Shown here piece by piece: positions 56,901-64,000 of a stretch of DNA of 64,000 bases. The position numbers and the translations under genes are program-made. Below the pieces are notes generated by a model. That model had not been told where the DNA came from and searched no databases. It saw only the letters and a program-made list of their open reading frames with translations. The number at the start of each line of letters is the position of its first letter. The stretch's first letter is position 1. This stretch comes from the human T2T-CHM13v2.0 reference genome, Homo sapiens, in the NCBI RefSeq assembly GCF_009914755.1, contig NC_060939.1; one strand, 5' to 3'.

Positions 56901-59900
56901 TCCATTCCGTTCCATTACATTCCATTCCATTCGGTACCATTCCATATTGTTCCATTCGATTCCATTCGAATCCATTCCATTCCAGTCCATTCCATTCGAT
57001 TCCATTCCATTCATTTCAATTCCATTCCATTCCATTCCATTACATTCCACTTGATTCCTCTCCATTCCCTTCCACTGCATTCCGTTCGATTCCATTCCAT
57101 TGCATTGCATTCCATTCCATTGGATTGCATTCCATTCGATTCCATTCCATTCGAATCAATTACATAGCAATCCATTACATTCGAGTCTATTCTATTCCGT
57201 TCCATTCGATTTCGTTCCAATCCATTCGATTCCATTCCATTCGATTCCATTCCATACTATTGCATTCCATTCTATTTCATTATATTCGAATAAGTTCCAT
57301 TCAAGACCATTTCTTTTGAGTCCATTCTATTTGAGTCCATTCCCTTTGATTCCATAACATTTGAGTCCATTCAATTCCATTCCTTTCGTTTCCATTCCAT
57401 TTGATGCCATTCCATTCAATTCTGTTCTACTCGACTCCAATACATTCAATTCCATTCCATCCGATTCCATTACATTCTTTTCATTTCTTATCCATTTCAA
57501 GCCATTCCACTCCATTCCATTCCACTCGTTTCCTTTCCATTCGAGTCCATTTCTCTCCAGTCCATTCCGTTCAATCCATTCCATTCCATTCCATTCCATT
57601 CGAGTCCGTTCCATTCCAGTCCATTCCATTCGAGTCAATTCCATCCCATTCGATGTCTTTCCATAACGATCCATTCCATTCTATTCCTTTCGATTCCATT
57701 CCATTCTATTTCATTCCATTCGATTCCCTTCCATTGGACTCCTTTCCATTCGAGTGCATTCCATTCCGTTCCATTTCTTTCCGTTCTGTACGATTCCTAC
57801 CGTTCGATTTCATTTTGTTCCAGTCCATTCCTTTCGCGTCCATTCCATTCCATTTCACTCCATTCGATTCCATTCCACTCGATTCCACTTCGTTCCATTT
57901 CATTGCATTCCATTCTATTCAACTCTATTGCCTTCCATTCCATTCCATTCGATTACATTCCATGCGATTCCATTCGAAATCGAATCAATTACATTGCAAT
58001 CCATTACTATTGAGTCCGTTTTATTCCAGTCCACTGCATTCTGGTCCATTCCATTTGATTCCATTCCATTCTATTCCATTCCATACAGTTGCATTCCATT
58101 GGATTCCATGCTATATCTATAAATTCAATTCGAGACCATTGCTTTTGAGTCCATTCTATATGATTCCATTCCATTCAAGTCCATTACATTTGGTTCAGTT
58201 CCATTCCATTCCATTCCAGTTGATATCAATCCATTCGATTCCATTCCATTCGAGCACATTCCATTCGAGTCCATTCCATTCGATGCCATTCCATTTGATT
58301 CTATTCCATTAGTCTCCATTCAATTCCATTAATCTCCATTCCATTCCATTCTACTCCAACTGATTCCATTCCATTCTATTCCTTTCCATTCCATTTCATT
58401 CCATTCCATTCCATTTCATTCCACTCCATTCCATTCGCTTCCATTCCATTCGTGTCCATTCCACTCCAGTCCATTCCATTCGTGTCCATTCCATTCCAGT
58501 TCATTCCATTTGTGTCCACTGCATTCCATTCCACTCCATTCCATATTATTCCATTACACTCCATTCCATTCTATTACTTTCATTTCCATTCAATTCCATT
58601 CCATTTGATTCCATTCCACTCGGTTTCATTCCATTTGAGTCCACTCCATTCCATTCCATTCAGTTCCATTCCATTCTGTTCCATTCCATTCCGTTCCATT
58701 GCATTCAATTCCATTCGGTACCATTCCATATTGATCCATTCGATTCCATTCGAATCCATTCCATTCCAGTCCATTCCATTCGATTCCATTCCATTCCTTT
58801 CAATTCCATTCCATTCCATTCCATTCCACTTGATTCCACTCCATTCCCTTCCACTGCATTCCATTCGATTCAATTCCATTGCATTGCATTCCATTCCATT
58901 GGACTGCATTCCATTCTATTCCATTCCATTCGAATCAATTACATAGCAATCCATTACATTCGAGTCTATTCTATTCCGTTCCATTCGATTTCATTCCAAT
59001 ACATTCGATTCCATTCCATTCCATTCGATTCCATTCCATTCGATTCCATTCCATACTATTGCATTCCATTCTATTACATTATATTCGAATAAGTTCCATT
59101 CAAGACCATTTCTTTTGAGTCCATTCTATTTGAGTCCATTCCCTTTGATTCCATAACATTTGAGTCCATTCAATTCTATTCCTTTCGTTTCCATTCCATT
59201 TGATGCCATTCCACTCAATTCTGTTCTACTCGACTCCAATACATTCAATTCCATTCCATCCGATTCCATTACATTCTTTTCATTTCTTATCCATTTCAAG
59301 CCATTCCACTCCATTCCATTCCACTCGTTTCCTTTCCATTCGAGTCCATTCCTCTCCAGTCCATTCCGTTCAATCCATTCCTTTCCAGTCCATTCCATTT
59401 GAGTCCGTTCCATTCCAGTCCATTCCATTCGAGTCAATTCCATTCCATTCGATGTCTTCCATAACGATCCATTCCATTCTATTCCTTTCGATTCCATTCC
59501 ATTCTATTTCATTCCATTCGATTCCCTTCCATTGGACTCCTTTCCATTCGAGTGCATTCCATTCCGTTCCATTTCTTTCCGTTCTGTACGATTCTTACCG
59601 TTCGATTTCATTTTGTTCCAGTCCATTCCTTTCGCGTCCATTCCATTCCATTTCACTCCATTCGATTCCATTCCACTCGATTCCACTTCGTTCCATTTCA
59701 TTGCATTCCATTCTATTCAACTCTATTGCCTTCCATTCCATTCCATTCGATTACATTCCATGCGATTCCATTCGAAATCGAATCAATTACATTGCAATCC
59801 ATTACTATTGAGTCCGTTTTATTCCAGTCCACTGCATTCTGGTCCATTCCATTTGATTCCATTCCATTCTATTCCATTCCATACAGTTGCATTCCATTGG

Positions 59901-62900
59901 ATTCCATGCTATATCTATAAATTCAATTCGAGACCATTGCTTTTGAGTCCATTCTATATGATTCCATTCCATTCAAGTCCATTACATTTGGTTCAATTCC
60001 ATTCCATTCCAGTTGATATCAATCCATTCGATTCCATTCCATTCGAGCACATTCCATTCGAGTCCATTCCATTCGATGCCATTCCATTTGATTCTATTCC
60101 ATTAGTCTCCATTCAATTCCATTAATCTCCATTCCATTCCATTCTACTCCAACTGATTCTATTCCATTCTATTCCTTTCCATTCCATTTCATTCCATTCC
60201 ATTCCATTTCATTCCATTCCATTCCTTTCGTGTCCATTCCACTCCAGTCCATTCCATTCGTGTCCATTCCATTCCAGTCCATTCCATTTGTGTCCACTGC
60301 ATTCCATTCCACTCCATTCCATATTATTCCATTACACTCCATTCCGTTCTATTACTTTCATTTCCATTCAATTCCATTCCATTTGATTCCATTCCACTCG
60401 GTTTCATTCCATTTGAGTCCACTCCATTCCATTCCATTCCATTCCATTCAGTTCCATTCCATTCTGTTCCGTTCCATTCCGTTCCATTGCATTCCATTCC
60501 ATTCGGTACCATTCCATATTGTTCCATTCGATTCCATTCGAATCCATTCCATTCCAGTCCATTCCATTCGATTCCATTCCATTCCTTTCAATTCCATTCC
60601 ATTCCATTCCATTCCACTTGATTCCACTCCATTCCCTTCCACTGCATTCCATTCGATTCCATTCCATTGCATTGCATTCCATTCCATTGGACTGCATTCC
60701 ATTCGATTCCATTCCATTCGAATCAATTACATAGCAATCCATTACATTCGAGTCTATTCTATTCCGTTCCATTCGATTTCGTTCCAATCCATTCGATTCC
60801 ATTCCATTCGATTCCATTCCATACTATTGCATTCCATTCTATTACATTATATTCGAATAAGTTCCATTCAAGACCATTTCTTTTGAGTCCATTCTATTTG
60901 AGTCCATTCCCTTTGATTCCATAACATTTGAGTCCATTCAATTCTATTCCTTTCGTTTCCATTCCATTTGATGCCATTCCACTCAATTCTGTTCTACTCG
61001 ACTCCAATACATTCAATTCCATTCCATCCGATTCCATTACATTCTTTTCATTTCTTATCCATTTCAAGCCATTCCACTCCATTCCATTCCACTCGTTTCC
61101 TTTCCATTCGAGTCCATTCCTCTCCAGTCCATTCCGTTCAATCCATTCCATTCCAGTCCATTCCATTCGAGTCCGTTCCATTCCAGTCCATTCCATTCGA
61201 GTCAATTCCATCCCATTCGATGTCTTTCCATAACGATCCATTCCATTCTATTCCTTTCGATTCCATTCCATTCTATTTCATTCCATTCGATTCCCTTCCA
61301 TTGGACTCCTTTCCATTCGAGTGCATTCCATTCCGTTCCATTTCTTTCCGTTCTGTACGATTCCTACCGTTCGATTTCATTTTGTTCCTGTCCATTCCTT
61401 TCGCGTCCATTCCATTCCATTTCACTCCATTCGATTCCATTCCACTCGATTCCACTTCGTTCCATTTCATTGCATTCCATTCTATTCAACTCTATTGCCT
61501 TCCATTCCATTCCATTCGATTACATTCCATGCGATTCCATTCGAAATCGAATCAATTACATTGCAATCCATTACTATTGAGTCCGTTTTATTCCAGTCCA
61601 CTGCATTCTGGTCCATTCCATTTGATTCCATTCCATTCTATTGCATTCCATACAGTTGCATTCCATTGGATTCCATTCTATATCTATAAATTCAATTCGA
61701 GACCATTGCTTTTGAGTCCATTCTATATGATTCCATTCCATTCAAGTCCATTACATTTGGTTCAATTCCATTCCATTCCATTCCCTTCCATTCCATTCCA
61801 GTTGATATCAATCCATTCGATTCCATTCCATTCGAGCACATTCCATTCGAGTCCATTCCATTCGATGCCATTCCATTTGATTCTATTCCATTAGTCTCCC
61901 TTCAATTCCATTAATCTCCATTCCATTCCATTCTACTCCAACTGATTCCATTCCATTCTATTCCTTTCCATTCCATTTCATTCCATTCCATTCCATTTCA
62001 TTCCATTCCATTCCATTCGCTTCCATTCCATTCGTGTCCATTCCACTCCAGTCCATTCCATTCGTGTCCATTCCATTCCAGTCCATTCCATTTGTGTCCA
62101 CTGCATTCCATTCCACTCCATTCCATATTATTCCATTACACTCCATTCCATTCTATTACTTTCATTTCCATTCAATTCCATTCCATTTGATTCCACTCCA
62201 CTCGGTTTCATTCCATTTGAGTCCACTCCATTCCATTCCATTCCATTCCATTCAGTTCCATTCCATTCTGTTCCATTCCATTCCGTTCCATTGCATTCCA
62301 TTCCATTCGGTACCATTCCATATGGTTCCATTCGATTCCATTCGAATCCATTCCATTCCAGTCCATTCCATTCGATTCCATTCCATTCCTTTCAATTCCA
62401 TTCCATTCCATTCCATTCCACTTGATTCCACTCCATTCCCTTCCACTGCATTCCATTCGATTCCATTCCATTGCATTGCATTCCATTCCATTGGACTGCA
62501 TTCCATTCGATTCCATTCCATTCGAATCAATTACATAGCAATCCATTACATTCGAGTCTATTCTATTCCGTTCCATTCGATTTCGTTCCAATCCATTCGA
62601 TTCCATTCCATTCGATTCCATTCCATACTATTGCATTCCATTCTATTACATTATATTCGAATAAGTTCCATTCAAGACCATTTCTTTTGAGTCCATTCTA
62701 TTTGAGTCCATTCCCTTTGATTCCATAACATTTGAGTCCATTCAATTCCATTCCTTTCGTTTCCATTCCATTTGAAGCCATTCCATTCAATTCTGTTCTA
62801 CTCGACTCCAATACATTCAATTCCATTCCATCCGATTCCATTACATTCTTTTCATTTCTTATCCATTTCAAGCCATTCCACTCCATTCCATTCCACTCGT

Positions 62901-64000
62901 TTCCTTTCCATTCGAGTCCATTCCTCTCCAGTCCATTCCATTCAATCCATTCCATTCCAGTCCATTCCATTCGAGTCCGTTCCATTCCAGTCCATTCCAT
63001 TCGAGTCAATTCCATCCCATTCGATGTCTTTCCATAACGATCCATTCCATTCTATTCCTTTCGATTCCATTCCATTCTATTTCATTCCATTCGATTCCCT
63101 TCCATTGGACTCCTTTCCATTCGAGTGCATTCCATTCCGTTCCATTTCTTTCCGTTCTGTACGATTCCTACCGTTCGATTTCATTTTGTTCCAGTCCATT
63201 CCTTTCGCGTCCATTCCATTCCATTTCACTCCATTCGATTCCATTTCACTCGATTCCACTTCGTTCCATTTCATTGCATTCCATTCTATTCAACTCTATT
63301 GCCTTCCATTCCATTCCATTCGATTACATTCCATGCGATTCCATTCGAAATCGAATCAATTACATTGCAATCCATTACTATTGAGTCCATTTTATTCCAG
63401 TCCACTGCATTCTGGTCCATTCCATTTGATTCCATTCCATTCTATTCCATTCCATACAGTTGCATTCCATTGGATTCCATTGTATATCTATAAATTCAAT
63501 TGGAGACCATTGCTTTTGAGTCCATTCTATATGATTCCATTCCATTCAAGTCCATTACATTTGGTTCAATTCCATTCCATTCCATTCCCTTCCATTCCAT
63601 TCCAGTTGATATCAATCCATTCGATTCCATTCCATTCGAGCCCATTCCATTCGAGTCCATTCCATTCGATGCCATTCCATTTGATTCTATTCCATTAGTC
63701 TCCATTCAATTCCATTAATCTCCATTCCATTCCATTCTACTCCAACTGATTCCATTCCATTCTATTCCTTTCCATTCCATTTCATTCCATTCCATTCCAT
63801 TTCATTCCATTCCATTCCATTCGCTTCCATTCCATTCGTGTCCATTCCACTCCAGTCCATTCCATTCGTGTCCATTCCATTCCAGTCCATTCCATTTGTG
63901 TCCACTGCATTCCATTCCACTCCATTCCATATTATTCCATTACACTCCATTCCGTTCTATTACTTTCATTTCCATTCAATTCCATTCCATTTGATTCCAT
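50951..64000 (+). repeat. Heterogeneous, mosaic segment of the array
   Basis: Unit lengths are 1779,1804,1794,1794,1799,1768,1804, with more private substitutions and mixed marker sets than upstream. Confidence 0.75.

Larger units (their letters stand above)
1..64000 (+). repeat. Human satellite III (HSat3) array of diverged (CATTC)n pentamers, with the C/T-rich strand on + throughout
   Basis: Every line consists of CCATT/CATTC pentamers and single-substitution variants (CGATT, CAATT, CTATT, CGAGT, GCATT). Long runs of intact CATTC fit HSat3 rather than the CATTCGATTC/ATGATG-rich HSat2. There is no unique or non-satellite sequence and no strand switch. Confidence 0.97.
1..64000 (+). repeat. 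~1.8 kb higher-order repeat, ~35.5 tandem copies; probable D15Z1-type (chr15p) KpnI satellite III
   Basis: The landmark TTGAGTCCATTCAATT(C/T)...CCTTTCGTTT recurs at 1552, 3341, 5165, 6989, 8778, 10597, 12411, 14170, 15929, 17718, 19477, 21266, 23090, 24914, 26703, 28522, 30341, 32135, 33954, 35753, 37577, 39381, 41170, 42974, 44778, 46582, 48386, 50190, 51969, 53773, 55567, 57361, 59160, 60928 and 62732 (spacing 1759-1824). There is one KpnI site per unit. D15Z1 is classically a 1.8-kb KpnI satellite III repeat. The periodicity is certain; the chromosome assignment is inferred. Confidence 0.75.

Noticed and set aside
1-64000. Assignment to HSat2 (chr1 1.77-kb unit), DYZ1 (3.5-kb Y unit) or alpha satellite
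   Set aside because: It lacks the ATGATG-containing 23/26-bp HSat2 motif. The basic period is ~1.8 kb, not ~3.56 kb. There is no 171-bp monomer or CENP-B box.
1-64000. A previously undescribed gene-based system, or an encoded message in the variant pentamers
   Set aside because: All sequence is accounted for by the satellite unit and its SNV/indel variants. Variant patterns are explained by duplication and exchange history, and no foreign or unique segment was found.

Overview
The whole 64 kb window is one uninterrupted, single-orientation array of human-type classical satellite III (HSat3): diverged (CATTC)n pentamers on the + strand, (GGAAT)n on the - strand. It is organised as about 35.5 copies of a ~1.8 kb higher-order unit (1759-1824 bp, mean ~1799). 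Each unit carries one KpnI site (GGTACC), which matches the classical description of the chromosome 15p D15Z1 1.8-kb KpnI satellite III. That assignment is an inference and needs an alignment. I see no genes, RNA genes, transposon insertions, inversions or CRISPR-like spacers. All listed ORFs are artefacts of translating a stop-poor pentamer (HSIPF/MEWNG periodicity). I did not find a new biological system. What is interesting is the array's internal history: a near-perfect block of at least 12 kb duplicated at a 17,925-bp (10-unit) offset, nested monomer and dimer duplications, and a homogeneous 1804-bp sub-array. There are also mosaic units pointing to gene conversion or unequal crossover, indels almost always in multiples of 5 bp, and a few invariant non-pentamer motifs. 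All unit comparisons were made by eye and from ORF-track coordinates.
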